Positions 49,972 through 59,946 of a DNA stretch of 63,907 nucleotides are shown here, piece after piece. A program made the translations under genes and the position numbers. The first letter of the stretch is position 1. Every line of letters begins with the position of its first letter. This stretch comes from Thermoplasmatota archaeon (GTDB lineage Archaea > Thermoplasmatota > Thermoplasmata > UBA10834). The notes under the pieces were generated by a model that was not told where the DNA came from, ran no database searches, and was given only the letters and a program-made list of their open reading frames with translations. The stretch covers positions 1 through 63,907 of the forward strand of contig JAFGHM010000083.1 in assembly GCA_016930135.1 (NCBI GenBank), read 5' to 3'.

Positions 49972-51069
49972 ATGGAACGCCCTTTCAGAGAATCCGAGAA
50001 GCTGGTCATATTCGGGCTGACGCAGGACGCCAACCTGACCGACTCCTCACTCGCCAGGAGGTTCGGCATGAAGGAAAGCACCGTCTCGTCGATCCGGAGG
50101 CGTCTCATGGATTCCAGGAACATTTACTTCGCCAACGTCCCGTCGTTCCACAAGCTCGGGTGCGAGCTCATCGTGCAGCTCTACGGTTCCACCAACCCAG
50201 CGGTTCCGAAAGATGTCAAGGACGCTTCACACCTGGCCTATCTCGACGCGACCCCGGAGGTCTTCGACGCGGTCTCGGGCGAGAGCTTCATAATGATGAG
50301 CTGCTGCTTCAAGAGCTTCTCGGACTACGTGTCAGCCCTGGACAGGTACGACAGACACTTCACTGGCGCGCACGCGGCCGAGCGCGCAGATCTGAGGCCG
50401 GTATTCTTCCCTTTCTCGATATCGAAGGTCCGCTACAGTTACAACTTCTCACCGGGGCTGCACAGGGTATTCGGGCTCGACACGCCCAGACCAATCCCCA
50501 AGAGGCCTACGCACTTAGATGTCGAGGAGATCGAGCTGTCAGCTATCGAGAAGCGGACCCTCACAAATCTCTCAGAGTTCCCGCATGCGACAGATGCGCA
50601 GATAGCAGCGTGCATAGGGAAGTCCAGGCAGACCGCGACCAACGTGCGCAAGCGGCTGCAGCGGAAGGAGATGTTCACTAGGACCTGCATCCCGCTCCTG
50701 CTGACCTGGAACATCGACCTGATCGCCTATGTCCACTTGCGGTTCAGGGCGGACCTGGATCCGGAGACCAGGGATTCGCTTTCAAGACATGACTGGGTCA
50801 ATCTGTCCTGGTATACCCTCGAGCGCGAGTCCGAGGCGTATACCTCCTACCTTTTCAAGGACTACAAGGACTACGTTTCAGAGATGCAGAGGATGCTGAA
50901 GCCTCTGCTCGATAGCGATATGCTTCGAGGAGATCCTAGCGTCTCTCTCGTTTCGACCGCAGCTGCAAAGGAGCTCAGAGACTGCCACTTCGCCCCGGGA
51001 ATTAGGAAGCTCATCGGGATTGGCGGCGACGCGGACCTGCCCCGCAACTACCCCAGACTGGGCATGTAG
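49972..51069 (+). CDS. Tandem Lrp/AsnC-like transcriptional regulator
   Basis: Two HTH units (TDSSLARRFGMKESTVSSIRRRL; TDAQIAACIGKSRQTATNVRKRL), each followed by a RAM-like domain. Confidence 0.8.
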   Translation: MERPFRESEKLVIFGLTQDANLTDSSLARRFGMKESTVSSIRRRLMDSRNIYFANVPSFHKLGCELIVQLYGSTNPAVPKDVKDASHLAYLDATPEVFDAVSGESFIMMSCCFKSFSDYVSALDRYDRHFTGAHAAERADLRPVFFPFSISKVRYSYNFSPGLHRVFGLDTPRPIPKRPTHLDVEEIELSAIEKRTLTNLSEFPHATDAQIAACIGKSRQTATNVRKRLQRKEMFTRTCIPLLLTWNIDLIAYVHLRFRADLDPETRDSLSRHDWVNLSWYTLERESEAYTSYLFKDYKDYVSEMQRMLKPLLDSDMLRGDPSVSLVSTAAAKELRDCHFAPGIRKLIGIGGDADLPRNYPRLGM

Positions 51070-51133
51070 CCGCTCTCCGCACGGAAAAGCATAATCTATT
51101 CCTCGGGCCGATACGTCCCTGCTGGGATAGGCG

Positions 51134-51688
51134 ATGGATTCTAGGCCGGATCGCATGCGCTGGATGAGCGTGAACAACGCCATGACTAGGGATGTGATAC
51201 TCGTAAAGGAGTCCTCAAGAGTCAAGGACGCCTGGATCACCCTGATGGAGTCGGGGATATCGGGGGCGCCAGTGGTGGATGACACGGGCTCCCTCGTGGG
51301 CATACTGAGCGTAACAGACATCTTCCGGAGTATCATTGACAAGTTCCAGAAGGCCCGGTCGTTGCGAGAGGCGACTGCGACCACCCAGGATGCGGAAGCG
51401 GCTGAGAAGGAGGAGTTGCGCGAGCTGTCGTTGGCAATACGCGCCGTGTCGGAGAGCTCAGTCCAGGCCATCATCTCCAGGGACAAGAAGCTGCTCACCC
51501 TGTCCCCTGAGGATTCGTTCGAGAGGGCAATCCGCATGATGGCCGAGCACGGCGTCAACCGGCTCCCGGTGGTGAAAGGAAACCACGTCGTAGGAATACT
51601 GACCAGACAGGACATCATTTGGCATATCGGGGGCAGACCTGGGAAGTCGCAGGACCAGCGCTTCGCTCAGGAGCCGTCTTCAGGGTAG
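51134..51688 (+). CDS. CBS domain pair protein
   Basis: ISGAPVVD...GILSVTDI; VNRLPVV...GILTRQDI. Confidence 0.9.
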   Translation: MDSRPDRMRWMSVNNAMTRDVILVKESSRVKDAWITLMESGISGAPVVDDTGSLVGILSVTDIFRSIIDKFQKARSLREATATTQDAEAAEKEELRELSLAIRAVSESSVQAIISRDKKLLTLSPEDSFERAIRMMAEHGVNRLPVVKGNHVVGILTRQDIIWHIGGRPGKSQDQRFAQEPSSG

Positions 51689-51705
51689 AAGAACAAGACC
51701 ACATT

Positions 51706-52467
51706 CTAGATGAGTATCGACAAGCATGTGATTGCCCCCTCACATTTCTCGAACTCGCTGACTTCCACGGGGATGACGGTGAAACCGGCGTCTCTCACAA
51801 GCTTGTGTGAGCTCAGCCTGCCCGCAGCCATCAGAACGACATCATCGATCGCCAGCGCGTCCGCCGCGTAGGCCTCGTCCTCTGGTATCCTGATCACTGT
51901 CATGCCCCTGAACGCGTCGCGCCTCGAGAACCGGTCAGACGCGACAATAGTGTCATTGCCGATGTATGTGGCGAAGCTCTTGAGATGGACAATCCCATGA
52001 TCCTCGATGGTGTCGACGGTCACACCGAGCCAATCGGACATCTGCTGCACGCCGCTCCTGTTGGTCCTCTGGGTGATTCCAGATACGAGCTTGTGCTCCA
52101 GGTGAATCACATCCCCGCCCTCTATCGTGGCAGGAGGCCTTGCGTAGGTCACTTCGAGGTAGCCCTCGAGCAGCTCGGCCACCGCTCCCACCTCGCCCCT
52201 CCTGCTCTCAATGGCAGGACGGCACATCAAGGCGCGGCCGCCGCGGACGACTGCAGTATCCTCGACGAAGCAGGAGTCTGCGTTGAGGTCGTCCCTAGGC
52301 ATCCTGATCACCTCAAGCCCCAGCTCTTCAAGGAGCTTGCAGTACGCCCCGTGCTGTTCCCTTGCCCTTTGGATGCTCACGGTTCGCTTCAGAGGATGGC
52401 AGGAGATGCACTCCGTGTACCGCGCGCCCGGTTCTCTGGTGATGGCGCGTCTCGGCTTGGATGGCAT
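51706..52467 (-). CDS. Dimethylarginine dimethylaminohydrolase (amidinotransferase fold)
   Basis: DSCFVEDTA, SRRGE, EGGD, HLKS, GAITCLS. Confidence 0.88.
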   Translation of the reverse strand: MPSKPRRAITREPGARYTECISCHPLKRTVSIQRAREQHGAYCKLLEELGLEVIRMPRDDLNADSCFVEDTAVVRGGRALMCRPAIESRRGEVGAVAELLEGYLEVTYARPPATIEGGDVIHLEHKLVSGITQRTNRSGVQQMSDWLGVTVDTIEDHGIVHLKSFATYIGNDTIVASDRFSRRDAFRGMTVIRIPEDEAYAADALAIDDVVLMAAGRLSSHKLVRDAGFTVIPVEVSEFEKCEGAITCLSILI

Positions 52468-52632
52468 CGTTTCACTTCGAAGGCTTAGAAACGGTGATTC
52501 CGTCAGTGGTAGATTAAGCTTCAGTGCCGAGCTCGCGAACCAACGACTGGTTCGTGCGCTCCTGCCATGCGGGCATGTTTTCTTGTATCCGGTGTGCATT
52601 CCTTGTTTCGGCTCTCAAGAGGTGAGCCTCGC

Positions 52633-53985
52633 ATGGTTGAGATGGACAGGTCCAGGATCAAGGAGCTGATGCAGGCGGAGACGAAGCGGTTCCTCAGGAA
52701 TCACAAGAGGTCAAAGGCGCTCTTCGAGAGAGCCAGGAAATCGCTGCTCGCAGGTGTGCCCATGAACTGGATGGTGCGCTGGGCAGGACCGTACCCTGTG
52801 TTCGTGAAAGAAGGCCGCGGGACCTACGTGACGGACGTGGACGGCAACGAGTACCTGGACCTGTGTCTTGGCGATACTGGCTCGATGTTCGGCCACTCCC
52901 CCAAGGCCGTTGTCGACTCCGTCCGGAGGCAGGTGGCGAAGGGCATCACGATGATGTTGCCGACTGAGGACTCCGTGTGGGTCGGGGAGGAGCTTTCGAG
53001 GAGGTTCGGATTGCCGTACTGGCAGGTGGCTATGACAGCGACGGACGCCAACAGGTTCGTCATAAGGCTCGCGCGGGAGGTCACCAAAAGGAGCAAGATC
53101 ATGGTGGTGAACGGCTGCTATCACGGCACTGTCGATGAGACTCTCATCGTCCTCGAAAAGGGCAGAGTGTTGCCCAGGAGTGGCAACATAGGTCCGCCAG
53201 TGGACCCGTCTGTCACCACCAAGGCGATAGAGTTCAACGACATTGACGCGCTCGAGGAGGCGCTGTCCCCTGGCGACGTGGCCTGCGCGCTGATGGAACC
53301 CGCCATGACCAATAGGGGCATAATCCTCCCGGACCCAGGATATCACGAAGCGCTCAGGAAGCTGACGAAGAAGCACGGGACCCTTCTCGTGATCGACGAG
53401 ACTCATACGATCTGTTGTGGCATAGGCGGATACACACGTGAACACCACCTGAAACCGGACATGATCACCATGGGCAAGCCGCTGGCCAGCGGAGTCCCGG
53501 TCGCCGCGTTCGGCATCAGCCAGTATGTTGCGGACCGCATCATGGAGCGCATCCTGTCCGATGGCACTGATGAGAGCGGGCTCGGCGGCACGCTCACCGG
53601 GAACGCGCTCGCCGTCGCGGCCATGCGTGCCACCCTCGAGAAGGTGATAACCGAACGCAACTTCGCGAAGATGCTGCCCCTGGCAGAGAGGTTCGAGAAG
53701 GGGGTTCGGGACGTCATTGAGGAGGTTGGCATGCCTTGGCATGTCGTTCGCCTGGGCGTGCGCATAGAGTACCACAACACCCCCAATCCTCCCAGGAACG
53801 GCGGCGAGTACGATGCATCAAAGGACCACGAACTCGAGAAGCTCATGCATCTGATGGCCCTCAATCGTGGCATCTTGCTGACGCCTTTCCACAACATGGC
53901 GCTCATCTCACCTTCGACGACTGCAAGAGATGTCGACTTCCACACGTCCGTCTTCAGGGAGAGCGTGAAGGCGCTCGTCGACTGA
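52633..53985 (+). CDS. Class III PLP aminotransferase (GSA-aminomutase-like subfamily)
   Basis: YHG, EPAMTN, DETHT, TMGKP, GTLTGN. Confidence 0.9.
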   Translation: MVEMDRSRIKELMQAETKRFLRNHKRSKALFERARKSLLAGVPMNWMVRWAGPYPVFVKEGRGTYVTDVDGNEYLDLCLGDTGSMFGHSPKAVVDSVRRQVAKGITMMLPTEDSVWVGEELSRRFGLPYWQVAMTATDANRFVIRLAREVTKRSKIMVVNGCYHGTVDETLIVLEKGRVLPRSGNIGPPVDPSVTTKAIEFNDIDALEEALSPGDVACALMEPAMTNRGIILPDPGYHEALRKLTKKHGTLLVIDETHTICCGIGGYTREHHLKPDMITMGKPLASGVPVAAFGISQYVADRIMERILSDGTDESGLGGTLTGNALAVAAMRATLEKVITERNFAKMLPLAERFEKGVRDVIEEVGMPWHVVRLGVRIEYHNTPNPPRNGGEYDASKDHELEKLMHLMALNRGILLTPFHNMALISPSTTARDVDFHTSVFRESVKALVD

Positions 53986-54017
53986 CGCCAGGGGACTTCG
54001 TTTGGGAGGGTAGGAGC

Positions 54018-55637
54018 TTGGAGATTTCGGAGAGAGCCTCCGCAGCGTTGGAGGCCTTCATCAGAAGGAAGATGGAGTTCGGGAGCATCCCAGGACTCGC
54101 CATAGGCATAACGGACAGGGAGAGGTCTATTGGATACTCGTATCACGGCTTCTCGAACATCGATGCTCAGATCCCACCGGATTCCGAGACGCTGTTCGAG
54201 ATCGGCTCAATGAGTAAGTCATTCGCCAGCGTCGTGGCCTTGCAGCTCGTGGATGAGGGCTTGCTCGACGTCCATCGCCCGGTAGATGAGTATCTGCCCT
54301 GGCTCGAGGCAAACTGGAAGGAGGAGAAATTCACCATGCATCATCTCATGTCGCACACAGCCGGTCTTCCGACAGGCACAGAGGCGACTCCTGAGCCGAT
54401 GTCCGAAGTCTGGACGCTCAGAGAGTCCGAGCTCGGATGCCGTCCTGGAGAGTTCTTCCATTACTCAAACATGGGCTACAAGATAGTCGGGCTCGTGATC
54501 GAGAAGATAACAGGCCAGAGCTGCGCTGAGGCCATCGCGCAGCGGATCCTGAAGCCTTTGGGGATGAAGAGCTCATACGCTGCCATAACCCACGACATGA
54601 GGGGATTGCTCGCGGTGCCCTACGAGCCATCGCCTGATGACAGACCGATCAGGCGAGGAACGCGCATGGTCCCTGCGCCTTGGGTCGAGAGCGAATCCGC
54701 AGACGGGCCAGTATCTTCCAACCCCGAGGACATGACGGCGTACATCAGGATGCTGTTGAACTCGGGGAGACATCCAGGAGGGCGCTTGCTGTCTGATGAG
54801 GGCTTCGCGGCGCTCACGAAACCCGTGATAAGGCCTTCCGATTCGCCTCCGAACGAGTACTACGCATACGGTCTGGGCATAGAGAATGCCGATGGTCGGA
54901 GAGTCATCGCGCACACAGGTGGAATGGTAGGTTATGTCTCGGCAATGAGGATGGACTTCGACGCCGGGATCGGTGCGATTGTGCTCACTAACGGAGCGAC
55001 AGATGTGGACGATGTCGCGAGATACGCGCTCACGATGATTGGCCGCTCAGCCTCAGGCCCATGGGATCAACCCGAGGAGATGCCGCATTCGGTGAGTGCG
55101 GCCGATGCCGCCGAGTACGTTGGCACGTACCGCTCAGGCAGTGACTCGCTGGAAGTGTTCACTGACGGGCATGGTATGCTGTTCATGGCCTCCCATGGTG
55201 GCTCTGCGATGCTGGAGTCGTGGGGAAAGGACGCCTTCGTCGTGGGCCTTCCCGGGTTCGAGATATTCCATGTCCGGTTCGGCCGTGAGGAGGGCCGAGT
55301 GAGCGAGGTGTTCTACGGGAGTGAGGTGTATGTGCGCACTCAGCGCGGCGAGACTGAGCTAGTCATCTCTCCGAAGGAGTACGATGCATACTGCGGGCAC
55401 TACAGATCCAGCAACCCCTGGCTCACGAATCTCAGGGTGCTGGTCAGGAAAGGCGCTTTATGGATGGTCCAACCCTCTGGCGAAGAGCAACAACTCGTGC
55501 GTCTGGAGCAGAACCTGTTCAGGATCGGTGTCGACGAGAGATCCCCGGATCGGATTCTGTTCGAGGCGATGATCGAGGGGAAGGCACAGAGGGCGGTTCT
55601 GTCGGGACAAGCCTATGCGCGCACGCGAGCACCATGA
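54018..55637 (+). CDS. Serine hydrolase, beta-lactamase class C / D-aminopeptidase family
   Basis: SMSK, YSN, HTGG motifs plus C-terminal beta domains; no signal peptide evident. Confidence 0.9.
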   Translation: MEISERASAALEAFIRRKMEFGSIPGLAIGITDRERSIGYSYHGFSNIDAQIPPDSETLFEIGSMSKSFASVVALQLVDEGLLDVHRPVDEYLPWLEANWKEEKFTMHHLMSHTAGLPTGTEATPEPMSEVWTLRESELGCRPGEFFHYSNMGYKIVGLVIEKITGQSCAEAIAQRILKPLGMKSSYAAITHDMRGLLAVPYEPSPDDRPIRRGTRMVPAPWVESESADGPVSSNPEDMTAYIRMLLNSGRHPGGRLLSDEGFAALTKPVIRPSDSPPNEYYAYGLGIENADGRRVIAHTGGMVGYVSAMRMDFDAGIGAIVLTNGATDVDDVARYALTMIGRSASGPWDQPEEMPHSVSAADAAEYVGTYRSGSDSLEVFTDGHGMLFMASHGGSAMLESWGKDAFVVGLPGFEIFHVRFGREEGRVSEVFYGSEVYVRTQRGETELVISPKEYDAYCGHYRSSNPWLTNLRVLVRKGALWMVQPSGEEQQLVRLEQNLFRIGVDERSPDRILFEAMIEGKAQRAVLSGQAYARTRAP

Positions 55638-55768
55638 AACGGATGCACGAGCGTGTCGCCCTCATTCACATTCCCTGAGGACGCATTGTTTTTGCTGTTG
55701 TGACGTACCCCAAGTCAGCTGAAACGCACGCTTTAAATCGTACGTAAGGCTGTTCCTTGCCCGTTACG

Positions 55769-57466
55769 ATGCTTGCCGATTTCGAAGAATTCTCACGCTC
55801 TTTGATGGATGAGTACCTCAGCTGGGACCCCGCGTATTCCACACAGCTCGGATGGCACAAGTACGATTGGCTGCTCAGGGACTTCAGTCCTACTGCCATC
55901 GAGCATCAGTCAATCAGGTGTTCTCAGCTCATCGCGGAGCTCAAGACGTACTCTACTGAGAGGCTTTCGCCTGACCAGAGGGTAGACCGCGACCTTGCAG
56001 AGCACCTTCTGAAGCTCTGGCTGTTCGAGATAGAGGGGCTGAGGATGCACGAGAAGGTGTCGTCCGCTGCGACCGACATCGGCAACTCCCTCTTCCTGCT
56101 CATGGTCCGTGACCACCCGCCCCTCGAGGACAGACTCGATGCCATAATCGCCAGGCTTGAGGCGGTTCCCCAGTTCTTGGAGAGATCAAAGGCGGCGCTT
56201 CGGATCCCCTACCGGGCATGGAACGAAGAGGCTCTCGAAGCTGGAAGGCAGATGCCAGCCCTGCTGAGAAACATAGAATCCCTGGTCCAGGGCAAACCGG
56301 TCAGCCATGACAAACGGGAGAGGCTGAAGCGAGCAGTAACGAAAGCAGCCGAGGAGCTCGAGAGACACAACTACTGGCTTTTTCACACCGTCATCCCGAC
56401 CTCGAGCCCAAGATACGCGCTGACGCCAGGGGAGTATGCCAACTACCTCCTGCTGAAAGGATACGGCGTGACCGCTGACGAGGCCCTCAGGATAGGCGAG
56501 GTCTACCTCGACCTCGCGAAAAGGAGACTGCGGGAGGTGGCCAAGGAGATGCTGCCCGGTGGGAATCCCGCCAAGGCCATAGAGATGATGCGGTCAGATT
56601 GTCCAAAGACGTTCCAGGATGCGTTCAGGGAATACAAGGGCACAGTCAGCCGCTGCCGTGAATTCGTCATGAAGGCCGGCCTTGTCACGATTCCTCCCGG
56701 CGAGGAGCTGTCTGTGATCGAGACCCCGGAGTTCATGCGCCCGCTCTGTCCTTTCGCGACGCAGATCGAGCCTGGGAGATTCGACAACTGTCGGAGTGGA
56801 TTCTTCCTGGTCACCCCGACCGGAGACAACAAGGAGTCCCTGAAGGAGCACAGTTTCGTATCCATAGCTAACTCCACAGCTCACGAGGCGTATCCGGGGC
56901 ATCATGTACAGGCCGTGTGCGCGAGGAGCCACCCATCCTACATCCGCGCCCTCTCCTTCTCGCCGGACTTCGTGGAGGGTTGGGGGCTCTATGTTGAGGA
57001 GCTGATGCTCGCGTCGGGGTTCAACAGCACGCCCGTGGGTCGGCTGAACAACATCACGGACCTCATATACCGAATCGTGAGGCTGATCGTGGAGATCAAA
57101 CTCCCCAAGGGCTTCCTCACGCTGGATTCGGCAGCCGAGATGTTTAAGAAGGAGTGTGGCACGGAGATGGATTACGCTCGGATGGAGGCAAGGGCCTGTG
57201 CCATGCTACCTACCTTCTACTCATCCTATCTCCTCGGGAAACTGGCTATGATGCAGCTGCGTGAAGAGGTCCGGGAGGCCATGGGCGACAGGTTCACTCT
57301 CAGAGTCTTTCACGACACTCTGCTGTACTCTGGCACCCTGCCGATGAAGCTTGTCCGCGATGCCGTCGCCGTTCGGCTGAAGGAGTCCCATGGGATCGAG
57401 CTCCTGCCAAGGAAGGAATCACTGTACAAGTATGCAATCAGGCGTGCGAGGGAGGGCAAGATCTAG
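55769..57466 (+). CDS. DUF885 family protein
   Basis: HEAYPGHH, EGWGLYVE, SYLLGK, FHD motifs. Confidence 0.9.
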   Translation: MLADFEEFSRSLMDEYLSWDPAYSTQLGWHKYDWLLRDFSPTAIEHQSIRCSQLIAELKTYSTERLSPDQRVDRDLAEHLLKLWLFEIEGLRMHEKVSSAATDIGNSLFLLMVRDHPPLEDRLDAIIARLEAVPQFLERSKAALRIPYRAWNEEALEAGRQMPALLRNIESLVQGKPVSHDKRERLKRAVTKAAEELERHNYWLFHTVIPTSSPRYALTPGEYANYLLLKGYGVTADEALRIGEVYLDLAKRRLREVAKEMLPGGNPAKAIEMMRSDCPKTFQDAFREYKGTVSRCREFVMKAGLVTIPPGEELSVIETPEFMRPLCPFATQIEPGRFDNCRSGFFLVTPTGDNKESLKEHSFVSIANSTAHEAYPGHHVQAVCARSHPSYIRALSFSPDFVEGWGLYVEELMLASGFNSTPVGRLNNITDLIYRIVRLIVEIKLPKGFLTLDSAAEMFKKECGTEMDYARMEARACAMLPTFYSSYLLGKLAMMQLREEVREAMGDRFTLRVFHDTLLYSGTLPMKLVRDAVAVRLKESHGIELLPRKESLYKYAIRRAREGKI

Positions 57467-57482
57467 ACGCGGGGCGCCCTAA

Positions 57483-58238
57483 TCACCTTGTCGCCACGTC
57501 GGCCTTCTTGCCGTTCGGCTCGCCGTTGCTGTTGAGCATCTGCGTTATCAGCTCATCAAGGGTGCTGATGCTCCACTCGTCGATGAATGTCAGCCTGTCC
57601 CTGTCCTCAGCGTCGCTCTCCGAATACTCCTCCTTCGTCTTGCACTTGTCACCGGTGATGGTGATTATGAAACCGTCGTATCCCAGCTGGCCGTGTATCA
57701 CCTCGAGGGCGTAGCTGACGGCGTACTCGCATGCAACCCCAATCACATGCAGGTAGCCCTCGGCCCTCTTCTGGGCCAGCCACTCGAAGAGGCCTGCATC
57801 TGTGGCGATGACGTGGAACTCTTGGATTCCGAGCCTCCTCGCGACCTTGATGAACTGCCCTATCGAGCAGCTCTGGTGGTCGCACTTGTCATAGGTTGCC
57901 TGGCATATGTTCGACTTCCTGCCGTGCTCGGAGTTGAGGGGGCAGTCGAAGGGCTTGCTGCAGTAAGGCACGAATGCCAGGCTCTTCTCCTCTGTGAACT
58001 TCCTTATGTCGAAGTCCGTGGGAACGGGTATGATACCAACCGATGAGAGCCTCGGGTCCACCTTGCGCAGCTCGAGTCTCTCCGAGAGGCTCTCCATGAT
58101 GAACGCGTAGGGCCTATCGGAGATGGTCCTCTTCAGGAAATCCGAGACGATCGCGAGCCTGGCCGGGTCGTGGCAGGGCCCTCGCTTCTTGGCCGAGGCG
58201 GATTCACTTCGCTTGCGGGAGTCGGATGACAAACCCAT
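57483..58238 (-). CDS. DUF116-like Cys-rich protein
   Basis: FVPYCSKPFDCP, C..CSIG, IGVAC, DKC. Confidence 0.7.
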   Translation of the reverse strand: MGLSSDSRKRSESASAKKRGPCHDPARLAIVSDFLKRTISDRPYAFIMESLSERLELRKVDPRLSSVGIIPVPTDFDIRKFTEEKSLAFVPYCSKPFDCPLNSEHGRKSNICQATYDKCDHQSCSIGQFIKVARRLGIQEFHVIATDAGLFEWLAQKRAEGYLHVIGVACEYAVSYALEVIHGQLGYDGFIITITGDKCKTKEEYSESDAEDRDRLTFIDEWSISTLDELITQMLNSNGEPNGKKADVATR

Positions 58239-59727
58239 CACCTCTTCCATTCTCAAGGGTCCTTGTCTCTATCGCGCCTTCATGGGTCTCGACGATGGCC
58301 CTGACTACCAGCAGCTGCAGGTCGGGCCTCTCTATCATCTGACACCCTGCGAAATCCTCGGCGATCATGCACTTGACGACCGGCTCGGAGAGCCTGAGGT
58401 TCTTGCCGGAGATCTCGATGACCCAGTACTTGTCGCCGTTCCTCGTCTCGGATGACAGCGAGATCCTGAGTTGTATGAGATCAGAAACAGAGTACCTGAC
58501 CATGGAGGACACGAGCAGGTCTACAAGGTCGTTCATGTCCTCGCTCGCCGAGATTGGGAATTCGCCCGGCGGCGGCTCGAACCAGAATGCCACATTGCTC
58601 TTGTCGAGCCGGCTCTGCTGGTTCATGATGCTCCTGAGCAGGATTTCCTTGAGGTCCCGCTTCACATGCGGACGCTTGCCCTCCTGTCGTATCTGGGCTA
58701 TCTTCTTCAGGTGAGCGATCAGCTGAGAGGTCGCCAGCACCTGCCTCAGAGCGCCCTTGGCATACCTCTCGAGCTTCGGGTCCAAATTCTCCATGGACAT
58801 GATCATCTCGAGGTACCCCATGATGGCCTGGTTGAAGTTCTGGAGGTCGTGGGACATGAGGTCGAGGTAGAAGTCCTTCTCGGTGATGACCCTGAGCAGA
58901 TTCGCCTCGAGCCGCTTCCTCTCCTCGATGTTCCTGCCTATGCCGAGGATGCCAACCACCTGGTTCTCGTGCCTGATGGGCCTGACTATCATCTCCGCAG
59001 GTATGACCCGGCCGTCCTTGCTCTGAACGCCGACCTCGACTGCCGGAGGGTCCGACTGCCCGGAAAGCAGCATCGCGATGTGGTCGGCCACGACCTCGAG
59101 CGAGTCGGATGAGGTCACGTCGAGAGCGCTCATGCCAAGGAGTTCTTCTCGACTGTAGCCCGTGAGCTTCTCGATGACCTTGCTTATGAGTATGATCTTG
59201 CCGTAGGGGTCCAGCTCATAAATCACGTCGCTCGAGTTCTCCAGTATCTCCTCTAGCTTCCTCGCCCTCGAGGCGAGGTCCCTGACTGCGGCCTCGTACG
59301 AGGATCTGGCGATGGCCATCAGCCTCTTGGTGTCGTAGGTATCCTTGACCTGTCTCTGGATGACGGACCCGTTGTTCTGGAATTCTGTTAGGAACTCGAC
59401 GATGCCTTTGTCCGACGTTGACCTGAACACGTAGTCGACGCCGACGTCGATGAGATAGCGCTCATCTTCGGCCGAGATCGGATACGGGGCGAAAATCGCT
59501 ATTGCCAAGGGCTTCTTCGCGGTCTGCTTGCAGTCCAGGCAGAATATCGCAGCATCTAATGGGGCGCAGAGGGAGCTAGCTATGACCGCATCGTAGGGTT
59601 CTTTCGAGAACTTGTTCCCAGCCTCAGATGCGTCCCATGTCCTGGTCGCCTCGAAGCCTCTTTGGGTCAGCTCCTCCTCTAGAGGCGACAGGTTGGCTAT
59701 CGGGTCGTCGACCACCAACACCCTCAT
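58204..59727 (-). CDS. Pseudo-receiver / PAS / degenerate histidine-kinase protein
   Basis: VLVVDD receiver start; PAS (LTGYSREELLG); SHDLQN H-box; ATP-binding boxes degenerate. Confidence 0.8.
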   Translation of the reverse strand: MRVLVVDDPIANLSPLEEELTQRGFEATRTWDASEAGNKFSKEPYDAVIASSLCAPLDAAIFCLDCKQTAKKPLAIAIFAPYPISAEDERYLIDVGVDYVFRSTSDKGIVEFLTEFQNNGSVIQRQVKDTYDTKRLMAIARSSYEAAVRDLASRARKLEEILENSSDVIYELDPYGKIILISKVIEKLTGYSREELLGMSALDVTSSDSLEVVADHIAMLLSGQSDPPAVEVGVQSKDGRVIPAEMIVRPIRHENQVVGILGIGRNIEERKRLEANLLRVITEKDFYLDLMSHDLQNFNQAIMGYLEMIMSMENLDPKLERYAKGALRQVLATSQLIAHLKKIAQIRQEGKRPHVKRDLKEILLRSIMNQQSRLDKSNVAFWFEPPPGEFPISASEDMNDLVDLLVSSMVRYSVSDLIQLRISLSSETRNGDKYWVIEISGKNLRLSEPVVKCMIAEDFAGCQMIERPDLQLLVVRAIVETHEGAIETRTLENGRGDGFVIRLPQAK

Positions 59728-59946
59728 TCGTCCACCGCTCTCTGACTGTCCATTGTGTAGAAAAGAAGCCCCCGAGCGGGGTATATACCTTAAGACACGG
59801 TTATCAGAGTCGATAATCGTACCAGCGCCATCCAGAGGGCGTCCGGACAGGCTCGCGCTTGGGTGTGAGCTAGCCTGAGCGTAAAGTCGGACTGAGCCGT
59901 CGATTTGTGTCCTGAATTGGTTCGACGTCGAGTCGTCGAGTTCTGG

